DNA of 64,000 nt from Phallusia mammillata (lineage: Eukaryota): contig OZ281495.1 in the NCBI GenBank assembly GCA_965637545.1, positions 3,224,001 through 3,288,000 on the forward strand, given 5' to 3'. Shown one piece after another: positions 46,301 through 59,397 of the stretch (position 1 is the stretch's first letter; each line of letters opens with the position of its first letter). The translations under genes and the position numbers were made by a program. The notes under the pieces are model-generated. The model did no database searches and was not told the DNA's origin. It was given only the letters and a program-made list of their open reading frames with translations.

Positions 46301-49300
46301 TTATGTGGGATTGGAGTTTAAATGCAGTTTTCAATGTTTCTGTGGCTTGTAGATTGCTCAAAGGCGTTTTTTGCCTCAACATTTGCACCCATTTATTTTG
46401 TTATTTTATCGTTGTATTGTTGAAATTGCACATTATTTCAACATATAAAGTCTCATTCTGGCTACACTAGACAATACGGCTGATCTCTTGTCACCAGCTG
46501 CACTGACGAGACCTTACAGGTCGAAACAGTGGTGTGCAATGTCTGCAGTCTACATGTCATTTATTGGCTTGACAGTTCAATGTTATTCTCAACATTTAGG
46601 AATAAACAAACAACTGTAACTGCACATTACCTGACGGTGCCGTGGGGTCGGAATTGTCAGAACCACTCCATTGTGTCGTATAACGAAGTTTTATCGGGAC
46701 CTTGCGTGCAGTAAAATCTAAAAAACATCATTTGTTTTATAATTTTCTAATGCACTATGGCGAAAAGATCCCTCAAACTAATTTAATGATCTAACACTAT
46801 AACGTTGCAATTAGTTTGAGTCGAGTTGACACTTTTAAGATGAGGCATTTACGTTTGATTTGCATCTTAAGCGAGGTAATACCTGATGCCCAAGGAGGCA
46901 AGTCTTGCCTTTTTTCTGTGGGTTTAGTTGGACGTTTCAACGTTTCGCCTGTCTGTGGTTTCGGGTTAAGTTTTGCACCACCTAATTAGCAAATTGTTTG
47001 TCGTTACTAAGAAGGCTTAACTAGCAAAGAACAGTTATATAATAGCAAATGTCATTAATGTGTACATACACAATGGTTTTAACAAAAACAGACACTTATT
47101 TTACTTGAACCTTCATGTGCATCGAAGCGTGTCGTTTTAGTATCTCGTTTATTAGGGACAGTTTTAAGTTAACGGTCTATTAAAGGTCCCTGTACACGAA
47201 CTTAATGCTCAATTAACAAAACACACAAATTTATCGATAATGCAGGTTTTTTGCTTTTTAAACAATGTACGAATTGCCACATAAGTACCTGGGTTCCCCT
47301 CTCTTGACAGGTCGATTGCTGCTTTGGTTGATTGTTTCAGCCTCTCATTGAAAGTTTCGTTCACGTCTGAAAATTTACCGTATTTGAATTGAGTTTAAGT
47401 TTATCTCGCTTGGTGAAAGAACACATAGCTTTATAATTTAATGAAGAAATCACCAAAATTTACGAAACTGACATTAAACAACTAACAGGTACTTCTGACC
47501 TATTCCTAGCTATGTACTGGCCTATTCCTAACAGGTACTAGCCTATTCCAACTAGCAGGTGCTTCTGGCCTAGTCCCAGCTAAGTGACAAAGCTGGAAGT
47601 TCGGTTTGATTCGATGTAACGCCTTCAAAGCTTCAGTGTGCCTGGTGTCCTACGATATATATATGAGTGTGCCGTGAGCGCTGGTCTGCATGAAGGGTTG
47701 GTCCAATTATGCTTAACTCAGCATTAATTACATTGTTCAAATTTATTATAAGTTATGATGGCTGATCAGTGCGGGCGGAAACTACACATAAAGGTCTCGA
47801 TTCATTTACCTGGTTTTGACTCCACTGAGGGCGGAACAACCTTTGCCGATCGTTGAAAAGTTTCTTTGCTTTTGTGTTGGATTTCAGTTGCCTTTGTTTT
47901 AACGGGAAGCTTATCGTGTACATGAAGTGGAGGTTTTTCAGTGCTTTTAAGCGTTTTGGTTGAATCTGAAAATTGACACATAGTTTTTGCAATGTAACAG
48001 CATTCAATGAAGAATTAAGCTGTTCGGGTTTCAAGGCTGTCAACCTCATAAAATAATTGCGTGTACAGCAAACCGACCCGTTATCAGGTTACAAGGATCA
48101 ACAGGGTCGTGAATTTCAACAAAAGTGAAAAGTCAAAAGGTGAAACTAAAGTCGAGCTGATAAACAAAACTAACATTTACACCAGCTAGAAATTAGTTTC
48201 CGATATTGGATAGCAATTTCAACGAGCAACTGTTTATATATAGAGCAACCATTTTGCGTTTATTTCACTTTTAAGTAAAGTCATTACTTCGTTTTCATTG
48301 GGTTTTTGAGAGCATGGCTTACCTGATGTAAATGGTGTTGCCCCTTTTCTTTCTTTTACCGCTTCTGTCTGATGTTTAGCAATTTCAAACATCTGTGGAT
48401 TCTGGGCGAAGTTTGTTTTTCCTTAACAATATATTGTTGTTATTTCACTAATAAAATGCAACATCAAAAATCTAAAATCACGTTACCTTGAACTGGAAAG
48501 GAACTATTCTCATGGGAAATACCTTCCTGTGACGTATGCGGAAGCTCTTCTATGGTTGATCTAGCTGTCAAATCTGAAAGTTTATATTTCAACTGTGTAA
48601 GTCTTTCATTGTTACGTTTATTAATTAGTTCTAAAACTGTTAAAGCTATTGTTAACAGATGGTGATTGGTAAGAAAAATTTATCACCAATTCAGATTCAA
48701 GGTTATAACTGCTGTATATGTAAGTTTCTTTGTAAGCCATTACCAACAACAAGCAATCAACAATAACGTAAGCACCGTCGTGTGGAGTGGTAATGAGAGT
48801 AAAACGCCTCTTGTCTTGTTTATGCGGAAAATCTTCGATGCTTTGATCTGCCGTTGGATCTACGAAATTTCATTGTAAGTTTGCTTCAAATCAAAGCTGT
48901 TTGTACATTTAAGACTGAATGGTGGCGACAAAAACGTTTTTCTTTACCAACTTCCTTGTTGTAACACAAACAACGAACACAAATGCAAATATGAATTCAT
49001 CTACTTTACCCGAATCTCGCGGTAATGTCTTGGCGTCTGTTGTTAGAGTAGACCAGTTTTCTTCGGTTCTTGCTGGTTTGGTGGTTTGTTTGAGAATTTG
49101 AAGGGTCGATGGGTCTAAATGCAAAACGGTTGTTTTAAGTCGGTTTTCTTGAAAAAGTATTTTCGGATTAACGTCATATAAAACCGATTGATTCTGTTTA
49201 AACCAATGAAATGTATGTCCATTGGTTTCACTGTTTTATAGTTAAAAAAGACAATAATCGTCAGCCTTGCTGTTGATGGTTTTGAATCATTATTGAAACT

Positions 49301-50829
49301 GTCGTTTCAAATTTACCGATAAATGCTCTGGCTCTAGATGAAAACTGGTGAAGTTGAACGCACTCGTCCTCATTGAACGTTGACTGTTCATCTAGGTCCA
49401 TTTCCTTTAGAGCTTTTGTGGCTTGTGAAAGTAGATGAGCGGATTTTTGCTTGGCAAGCAATTGATTTAGAATGCGTGTTACTTCATTCATGTTGGGACG
49501 TTTAGTAGGTTTTTGATCCCAGCATCGTTTCATCAGTTTTTCCAATTCTGAGACCATTTTCTTCTCTTCGCTCTTCAAAGTTTCCATCAGTTTGCGTATT
49601 TTGCCACAGTCTGGTCTTTTTCCTTTTATAATAGCATTTATTAAATCTGTTAAATTTACACTTGGATAGGCAGAATTACGCGTGAGGACTTCGTATATCA
49701 AAATAGCAAATGAATACACGTCGAATTCTTTCCTGGGCTTCATTGTTTTATCCTGCAGTTTTTCGGGAGCTGTGTACTGGGGCGTGTATTGTGCTTTCTC
49801 CTTCGTGCTTCTTGCTGAAGAATCTGCAGGTGCTTGGCCAGTCAAAGTTGCCAGCTCTGCCCCGCCGAAGTCGCCAATTTTGCAGTGGAGCTCTTCATTG
49901 AGAAAAACGTTTCCCGGTTTCAAGTCCAAATGCAGCAAACGTTTGTCAGGTAGATTGTGGCAGAACTGAATTCCTTTTGATATTTCGGATAAAATTCGAA
50001 GACGCAGGCCAAATCCCAAAGGAATGTGTCGGTTGAAAAGGAGACTGTTAAGGTCTCCGCCTTTGTAGTATTCCATCACAATTCCCATTGTAAATGGCCA
50101 TTTAACATAGCCAAGGACCCGGACGATATTTTGATGGTTTGCTTTCTCCAAATGCTGCATTTCTTCATGTATTCTGTTAAAATCAGAGGTATATTTTCTA
50201 GTAAAGTTCTTACTCACTCTTCTGTAGTAAATAGGACAGCATACCTTTTCACCAAAGGTTTTCGATCCTTGTCACTGGCTACAGTGAACACTTTGATAGC
50301 AACGATCTCTTGCTTCAGTTTATGGTAGCCATATACAACGTCTCCGAAACCACCCGACCCAGCGACGAACTTCTCGGGATCGCATATGATGTCCTTCGGC
50401 TTAAACTCAGGTAGCTGTGGTCAAAATTGTTTAATCACAAACCGTAACTAACAGCAAAGATGACATTTTGTGCGTTACTTGCCACATGGGCCAAACTATA
50501 GTAAATTAAAACCACGGCAGAAACACTATCCTGACACGATAGATTTCCAAAGATGGGGCGAAATATCAGTTTACATGTAGAATGCAACTACTATCTTATG
50601 TTTTACAGCTATAACTGCATTTTGATCTCATATTACCAAATGCAGTCTCTCGAATAACAATAATGTTGCAAAATCACCTTAACTCCAAACAATTGTCAAG
50701 CGCGAGAAACTTTTAATTAACGCACTTAACATAAGGCTAGTGTGAATGTGATAATCACACTTTGTTAGTTTTCTTCTGCATTTAGTCAAAAAACAGATAG
50801 TAGTAACTTACGTCAGTTGTGCTTGTCAT
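43323..50829 (-). CDS. Gene 2 5' part: RIPK-like kinase + 12 low-complexity cassette exons, with a possible terminal exon 43323-43429 (~850 aa short form)
   Basis: Exons: 50812-50829 (MTSTTD|gtaagt), 50245-50414, 49317-50173, 49010-49114, 48776-48859, 48487-48573, 48323-48421, 47810-47965, 47289-47366, 46883-46981, 46631-46717, 46128-46226, 45401-45616, 44503-44718, 43544-43630, 43323-43429. The 12 linker exons are all phase 1-1 with lengths divisible by 3. Confidence 0.75.
44430..45900. repeat. Tandem duplication (~900-bp unit) carrying the two 216-nt linker exons; third diverged copy around 47810-48150
   Basis: Exons 44503-44718 and 45401-45616 are paralogous, and intron blocks 44860-45020 vs 45730-45900 match. 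A related ACAG.AAACCGA.CC..GGTTACAAGGA block lies at ~48065. Confidence 0.9.
49317..50414 (-). CDS. Kinase domain exons of gene 2 (RIPK/TKL family)
   Basis: GSGGFGDVVYG, VAIK, HLDLKPGN, DFG, YTAPE, DVYSFAIL, IIKGKRP, LMKRCWDQ.P..RP. A 71-nt intron (50174-50244) sits at the same position and phase as in gene 1. Confidence 0.93.
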
Positions 50830-52335
50830 GTTTAATTGCTATTGTCACATTACAAAAGTTTACAAACTATTCTGTAAAATCAAAAACAAAACAAAAACTC
50901 ATTAAGCTTTCAATGCAACAGAGTTTAAACGACACAGAATGCTAGTAGTGCTCTGCTATTCCATAAACAATAGTAACATATGACTGTGTGTTGCTGAATA
51001 ACAGGTGCTGGTTCAGAATTGGAAATCTAAAACCAAAAACTTCTTTTGTTTCAGGAATCCACAGCTGACTGCTGTTGGTTGTAAGTGATGCCTAAACAGA
51101 AAACATGACAGGTACAAAACAATGGCAAAGTTCTAATGTATTGTTTGCTTTCTGCCGTCATGACACGGGAATATAATCTCATAATTCCTGTCGCACTGTG
51201 TCCTTGAATTGTCAGCTACGTTAACTTGGCTTTCGCAAGCCACAAAATCTAATTTATCAGGAGCGAACACATGAAGCAATTTCAAAAATTAACAAAGTGC
51301 AGGCTATTTCTGCAGTGTTTGTGCACGCATGGGTTCTGGAATATTTTAATGCCTAGAAACAGTGTTATGTGGCGTATAATTAAAGTTCTCGTTGCCCACA
51401 TATATTTCCGAAATGTCGATTAGGTTCTGCGATAACTAGCTTTTTGTCTGTTGAAGACGGATTGAAAAAACAGCAATGAAAACCTCATTTTTTTGTAACG
51501 GGACAATCAGGTTTTGTCCATGTCATCCCAAAATTGCTTTTGTTACGTGAAACAAAACAAAACTGTAAGCTGGGTGACATTAACACCACAACAAACGAGA
51601 TTTTGAGGAGATGAAGATTATCAAAGTTGATTTAATACAGGCGCTACCTGCAGTCCTCTTTTGCTTGAAAGCAATTGTTATTTTACCCAAACGGTGGATT
51701 TTCAGGTCCCAGTAAAAATTTAAACCTTCTACTTTGTTGTGTTATGGACAAAGTTTTTCTACTTTGTTCGTTTGAAGCGAACCAAACATTGGAGCAAAGC
51801 AATGCAAAAATTACGGAATCCGTCCCTTGAGACCACTGATCTCTATAAACACTGGATTGCGCTACTGGCCGTCACGGTTGAAGCAAATTGAAGCGTAATG
51901 GCGGCTGAAAAGGAAGCCCCAAAAATGCATTGCGGACAATGGGGAAAGAGTGGAAAAATGACGATAATTTTTGTTTTAAGCATTTGTACAGCGATTTTTT
52001 TTTCGAGTGTGTAATAACCAATAAATATGCGTAGATTGACTGTGATGTGTATTAGTGTAGGTGTACTGGATATACGTTATTAAGTGAGTGTTAAATTAAA
52101 TCATTATTAAGTGGAAATAAATGTTTTATTGTGCAATATAAGTAGTTTTCGTGCTTTTTTAAGTATTTTAGATATGAATTCAACAAGATGGCTACTTCCT
52201 TCACACACATTACATTGTGCTAATCCAAACTGCTGTTTTTGACTGTTATCAAACTTCAGGAAATTCTGACCAACATGTGGAATAACGTTTTAATTAAAAT
52301 CACAAAACCTAAACTAATATTTCAACTATTTTAAC

Positions 52336-53705
52336 CAAGGATGGCAGTACGGTACGGTACGATAGTACGGTACGGTACGCAGCAAATTTCATCAAAAAGT
52401 ACGGTACGTAGGTACGGTACGCAAAGAAAGCTTAGGTCCTGGTACGGTACGTGGTACGGTCCTTCACTAGAGCGTACCACCGTACCAAAAGCGTACCGTA
52501 CCTCCGTACTGGTACGCTTAATAAATGTTGATCAAACGGTCATTTTTGCATCATTACTATTTGCAGATAATATCAAAATTGTTCAAAACTGGAATTTAAG
52601 TTGTTTATTATATGATTTTATCACAATGTCCTTGTACCAAAATAGTGCTAAGTCTAAAAAAGTTTATGACGTCACTGCTAAATATATTGTGCTTACGGGC
52701 TGACGCTATGCAATAGGAGGGTTACAAAAACGCGCACATGACAAAAACTGAGATCAACTCGGCATTTGTAATTGATTTTCATGTAAGTTAAAAAAAGCTA
52801 GGTACAGTGTTGTTGTCTCTTTCGTAGCAATGATTTTAAGAAACATGATGTTGAAAATAATACATTGTCTCTGCACGAGCCCATCGTAGAAAACACATCA
52901 ACCCTTTCGAATAAGCTGGTTGTAGTGGGGTAGCTTGAGTTATGGTTGCCATATCGCCCCTATTTTCTAAAATTTGTCCTTATTTTGAAGGGCGATGTCT
53001 TAAAAAAGTTCATTGTCCTTATTTCTAAGAAATGTTCTTATTTTTGACTTACGTCCTTATTTTGTCTTATTTTCCACGATTACTAGTCAAATCCCTGCTA
53101 CAAGTAAAAGCAAACCTAGACCTGAGCTGTTGTGAGATGAACGAAGTATTTTCTACGAACAAGGAGTTGCTGGAACAGATTGTTCCTGGGCAAAAAAATA
53201 TGACATGTGATAGCTATGTATGGGGCGCCGTTGACGAATAAATTAAGTTGCTGCAAGATAGCTAACCTGCAGCGAAACATAGCTAACTTGCAGCAATTTA
53301 GCGTTGCAAGTCAGCTAACTTGCCGCAAGTTAGGTTATCTTGCGGCAACTTAATAGTTAACTACTTGATAGTTAACTGCATTTGTTCAAAAACGTTTGTT
53401 TCGTTTCGTATGAAAATTAGATTTTTTAGATTGTCCTTATTTTTGGTTTCAATTGAAACTTAAGTCGAAGGCAACTCTGTGAGTTTAGACACCTCTCCAT
53501 TAAGTGCATGTCATAAAATGTATCCAACTTAATCCCGATTGGTTTATTTGAAGGTACGGTACGCAAATTTTCGTACCGTACTCGAGGTGGTACGGTACGT
53601 CTCGATTTTTGACATTTGGTACGGTACGGTGGTACGGTACGCTCTACGTAACGAGGTACGTGGTACGATCAATCGAATACGTACCGTACCGTACTGCCAT
53701 CCTTG
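52336..53705. mobile_element. hAT-type MITE with GTACG repeats, nested in the long-TIR element
   Basis: TIRs CAAGGATGGCAGTACGGTACGGTACG / CGTACCGTACCGTACTGCCATCCTTG; perfect TSD ATTTTAAC. Confidence 0.95.
52941..53479. mobile_element. hAT MITE of the 23965-24313 family, nested inside 52336-53705
   Basis: Colinear similarity with 23965-24313 (GTCCTTATTTTGAAGGGC..., GTCAAATCCCTGCTACA); degenerate TIRs; extra GCTAACTTGC-rich insert at ~53215-53378. Confidence 0.85.
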
Positions 53706-55159
53706 ATTTTAACACTATTTGACTTTTTTCTCTCGATTGAGTGCATTTAGTTTGGGTGTTTATTATCTTGCCATGGTGATATTATGAAGTTTTGCAATTC
53801 CATTTTACATTTATTTGTTTCCAAACATTTCAGACATAATAGGGTTTATATTTCTCCAATAAGCTACCTTTATTGTCTTTGGTAAAATTCCACTGGAATG
53901 TTTCAGTCTCCTCCCAAACCCTCAAGCTTTATGACACTGCAAGATTACAATTCAGCATTTTTTCGACAACAAATACACTACAGAAGGGTTGGAATCAGAT
54001 TAAACATTTTTTGTGTGTATACTGTTCTACTTCCACTGTGTATGTTTTGTAATTATTTCTGACACTGCCTGTAACATGATATTCTGCACATTTTGAACTT
54101 AAACTACTTTGAGTTGTTGTTTTTTTTATTTTGTGAATGCACCATCTGTTACAATGGTGATCATCTGACAAAAAATACAGGATATCTGTATGAACTTGTC
54201 TGGTGTATTTGTTGCCTTCAGTCCTATTTAGCAAGAATTTAAATGTTGGTGATAATTGGTGTGCAGGTGTGTTTTTGCAGAAAATTGCATATTAAAAAGA
54301 ATAAAAACAATATTTTATGATTCTGACTGGAATAGTACATAAATAGGCAATTCATTTGGGTAGTTAAACTTGTCCACCCTAACTGCTATAAAGTCTTAAA
54401 TGCATTTATATGCACATGTATCCCTTTGAGATATTAGAATTTTGTTAAGAGTTTGTTGTTTGAGAATTCACAACATTAGAAAAAATTTATTCAACACATG
54501 TTGTTTGCAAACTGAAAAGGCTAGATTAAATGAGCTAATTGTGAGCTTACTAGATTCATGGTTTATAACATAAAAGCAAAATAATGTTGAACCTACTACA
54601 AAAAAAACTTTTAAATATTTTAAACTTTAAAAAACTTTTCATATTTTAGCTCCAAGATTTTGCTGACAATCAAAAACAGCAGTTTGGATCAGCACAAGGT
54701 GATGCTAAATAAAGTATCACATCGTCTTGTGTGAAGAAAATAGCCATCCTTGTTGGATTTGTGTCTTAAATATTAATAAATGCATGTAAACAACTTATAT
54801 TCCACAATAAAACATTTATTACCACTTAATAATAATTTATTTCAACATTAACTGAATAATGTATTCCCAGTACACAAACACTAATACACATCACAATCAA
54901 TCTACGCATATTTATTGGTTATTACACACTGGAATACATGCGTCCTATTAATCTACAAATCATGTCTTAAAAAATCGCTACACAAATGCCTAAAATAAAA
55001 ATTATCGTCATTTTTCCACTCTCCCCCATTGCCCGCAATGCATTTTTGGGGCTTCCTTTTCAGCCCCCATTACGCTTCAATTTGCTTCAGAAATCACCCA
55101 ACCGTTCAACGGAGTAGCGCAATCCAGTGTTTATAGAGATCAGTGCGGGTATCCAGCAG

Positions 55160-57670
55160 AGCCTAGGGATTCAAGTATCGTCTCACAACGATAAAAACGC
55201 TATTATTAACATGGGGCAAGTGTTTGTATCAATCTGAGTGATTCTGCGGTTAGTTTGTTTGCTGTGTGCTGACTGCTACAAACTTAAAAGCTGTTGCCAA
55301 TCGGTGATTTTTATACTCTAACCTTAATTATTCGTTCTACGCACTATAGGCTGTATCATTGATTTTGCATGTTGGTAATTTTTGTGGTTATAAGTTGTCC
55401 GCTACAACAACTACAGTTCGTTACTATGCAACATATCAATAAAAAATCCGAAACTTTGCCGCTACTTTGTGGGCTGTATTGTATTTTGTTTACGTATGCA
55501 ACAAATAAAGTATAATACATCATAGTTATATGGCACGTCATGGTTATATGTTGTATTATTAACAGTAAAACGAACTTGACAGGATTATAAAACGCATTAG
55601 CTGCACCTGGTAAGGAGAAATGCGACTTAAAAGGTTAAAATCTTGTTTGAGAGAGAATCAAATAGTATTAAAGGCCGCGCATCTGCGTTGTGCAACATGG
55701 CTTGATTACACCCGGTTAAAAAACGATGGTAAACAACAACAACTATATCAAAAAATCTAACAAACTTTTTCGAATCCTTATTGCCCCTAATGTCTCAACC
55801 GAACAGTCATTTTTCGCAAGTCATGTTATTGAACACATATTGGGATGATAGCTTTTCCAACAGCTGGACTGGTGCTTGTGTAATTAATGTGGCGCACTTT
55901 CGACCTATTTCGCACAAGCGGTATCCGATGTAAGCAAAGGTAATCGTCCCAATAAAAATATTAACCCTTCTACTATGTTTTTGTGTTATTTTGTGCAAAA
56001 GAAAGTATTTTGTGTTGATGGAAGGCAAACCTAATGGCCGAACAAAAACGAATTAATGCAAAAAGTACCACATCCGTCCCTTTAGTGAAAATGCGTGACT
56101 GTGCCCGTTCCCTCATGGGATGTTTGCAGTCTTCACTGATAATAAGTTGCAAATGAAAAGACTTTTGCAAGAACCAATCAGAAAAAAATGTTCTATTTTA
56201 TTAAAGTGTTGCTCAGGGAAATACTTGTGTTGGCAGGTAATACAATTTTTACAATTACAGCTACAACTCATCGTAGCTAATTCTTTAATCACACAATTGT
56301 GATGTCACACATATGCACTGTTTGATTGTGATGTAATACTTAAAGTGCATACAAGGTATTTGCGAATTTCTAAAAATTACTGGCATTTGTCAGCTTAATC
56401 GAATCCACTCATTCTATTTTTAACAGTTATCCTCTCTGCTACATGGTTTGTTCAGTGTGTTGTTTAGGTTTTATTAAATGTGTTAAACCTGATCCTTAAA
56501 AGTTTGAAAATGTAAACTGTTTATTTTCCAGGATTTTACAACATAAAAAATGCATAAAAATGTGTCAAATTGTCAGTCTAACACTTTGATTAGTTGATCC
56601 ATTCCGTATTATGTTCCAAACAGATCCTTGCTGTTATTTTCATACTTCATTAAATTGTTCACATACTTAAATCTGTACTTCCTATTTCCAGAATATAATT
56701 TGCTGATATTAGACATTTATTTTTCATCTTGTAATAAGCTGAATATCACTTCTTTGTAGTTTTATTTGGTTTAAATCTGCTAAAGTTCTCTGCATTTAAT
56801 TTTGGACCATAGCAGATTGAATATATAGAGTATGTCTACTCAATGTAATATTATGTTGTTTCTCTTAAACAGCACCAACAACATTACCACTCAGTGAGGG
56901 AATAACCCAGATTATGGATTACATGACAATGCCCCACTTACCAGAGAAAAAGCTTAAATTGGCCAAATGTACTATCTTTGTATGGGATTAAACTTCCAAA
57001 ATGGACATGTTGGAACAAATTAGGTATATATAAGTTTTTGTGTTTTTACATTGATATAGCTGTTAATTTGTGAATGTTTATTTAAAACTTTTGCCTTTTA
57101 GTATCACACTAGAGAGCTGGGCTGAACATAATGGTATGCTGTTTTGATAATAATCACTGAATAGCAGATGTGATTGGGTTAAAAAAGCCACCATGACTGT
57201 TTGCAGGTTTGTATTTCATTTTTCTCCTTATCCTGTGCAAAATACAAATCAAAAGCACTATTCACTTAACATTCCAATGCCAAAACTACATGTATTATGT
57301 TCTTTTATAGATTCTATGGTTCATGTTTTGTGGTTCTGAGAAGTTTTGTGTGTACCATGACTTAAATTGAACATACATAATTAGTTAATTTGACATTAAT
57401 TTGAGTTACTGATGTTTAGCAATGACCTATTTTTTACACCTGTTGTTTATTTAATACATTTATTTCATAACAGTCTGTGAGGGGATTCATTCTGACTTGA
57501 ATTTAATTGTTTGTGTCTATTTTAATTCTCGGTATGTGCATGGAATGTCATAAATACTGCTTTCTTTGTTAAGCTTTGAATGCTTACTTGAAAACTTACT
57601 GTTACGCTTTTTCTCTCACAGTCCTATCTTTGTATACAACTACCAACTAATTTAAGGAATCACTGAAATC
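55160..57670. repeat. Segmental duplication, direct copy of ~25340-27760
   Basis: See the paralogous block. Homology ends where the MULE-like element begins. Confidence 0.9.
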
Positions 57671-57804
57671 ACTGAACGACATTTGCTGCTCACAGAGGAA
57701 TGTACCATTGTCATTCTGCCAGAATAAAAACGAAAAAAGGAATGCGAAACGAGAGAACGTCACGGAAGGATGCGCAAAGAACGTTTTGGCCAAATCGAAA
57801 TATT

Positions 57805-59397
57805 GACAAAATACGCTAAATTTAATAGAATTTTTGAAATCTTTTCGGGCCCATTATTTTCTTTAAATTCGCCTCATTGACTCATCTTTTAGTCTATTTT
57901 AATAATCCGTTTTCAAAAAAGTGAACGCGACTCGATAATTACAGCAAAATGCAATTAACTATCACCCACTTTGGGCCTAGTGCCAATAGTGACGAAATGC
58001 GCTAACTTGAATACAATATTTGAAATCTTTTCGGGCCCATTATTTTCTTTAAATTCGCCTCATTGACTCATCTTTTAGTCTATTTTAATAATCCGTTTTC
58101 AAAAAAGTGAACCCGACTCGATAATTACAGCAAAATGCAATTAACTATCACCCACTTTGGGCCAAGTGCCAATAGTGACGAAATGCGCTAACTTGAATAC
58201 AATTTTTGAAATCTTTTCGGGCCCATTATTTTCTTTAAATTCGCCTCATTGACTCATCTTTTAGTCTATTTTAATAATCCGTTTTCAAAAAAGTGAACCC
58301 GACTCGATAATTACAGCAAAATGCAATTAACTATCACCCACTTTGGGCCAAGTGCCAATAGTGACGAAATGCGCTAACTTGAATACAATATTTGAAATCT
58401 TTTCGGGCCCATTATTTTCTTTAAATTCGCCACATTGACTCATATTTTAGTCTGTTTTAATAATCCGTTTTTAAAAAGGTGAACCCGACTCGATAATTAC
58501 AGCAAAATGCAATTAACTATCACCCACTTTGGGCCAAGTGCCAATAGTGACGAAATGCGCTAACTTGAATACAATATTTGAAATCTTTTCGGGCCCATTA
58601 TTTTCTTTAAATTCGCCACATTGACTCATATTTTAGTCTGTTTTAATAATCCGTTTTTAAAAAGGTGAACCCGACTCGATAATTACAGCAAAATGCAATT
58701 AACTATCACCCACTTTGGGCCAAGTGCCAATAGTGACGAAATGCGCTAACTTGAATACAATATTTGAAATCTTTTCGGGCCCATTATTTTCTTTAAATTC
58801 GCAACATTGACTCATCTTTTAGTCTATTTTAATAATCCGTTTTCAAAAAAGTGAACCCGACTCGATAATTACAGCAAAATGCAATTAACTATCACCCACT
58901 TTGGGCCAAGTGCCAATAGTGACGAAATACGCTAAGTTCAATGCAATTTTTGAAATCTTTTCGGGCCCATTATTTTCTTTAAATTCGCCTCATTGACTCA
59001 TCTTTTAGTCTATTTTAATAATCCGTTTTCAAAAAAGTGAACGCGACTCGATAATTACAGCAAAATGCAATTAACTATCACCCACTTTGGGCCAAGTGCC
59101 AATAGTGACGAAATGCGCTAACTTGAATACAATATTTGAAATCTTTTCGGGCCCATTAGTTTCTTTAAATTCGCCACATTGACTCATATTTTACTCTGTT
59201 TTAATAATCCGTTTTCAAAAAAGTGAACCCGACTCGATAATTACAGCAAAATGCAATTAACTATCACCCACTTTGGGCCAAGTGCCAATAGTGACGAAAT
59301 GCGCTAACTTGAATACAATATTTGAAATCTTTTCGGGCCCATTATTTTCTTTAAATTCGCCACATTGACTCATCTTTTGGTATGTTTTAATAATCCG
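57805..59397. repeat. Tandem array, 186-bp unit, ~8.6 near-identical copies, non-coding
   Basis: CTTTTCGGGCCCATT recurs at 57841, 58027, 58213, 58399, 58585, 58771, 58957, 59143, 59329 (period exactly 186). No long ORF spans the unit. Confidence 0.98.

Larger units (their letters stand above)
51834..55145. mobile_element. Long-TIR (foldback-type) element, arms ~51834-52260 and ~54650-55145
   Basis: Termini CACTGATCTCTATAAACACTGG / CCAGTGTTTATAGAGATCAGTG, with >400 bp of inverted homology. No TSD is visible. Confidence 0.85.

Noticed and set aside
57805-59397. 186-bp array as a CRISPR-like array or coding repeat (62 aa)
   Set aside because: There are no unique spacers, the context is eukaryotic, and no long ORF runs through the unit.
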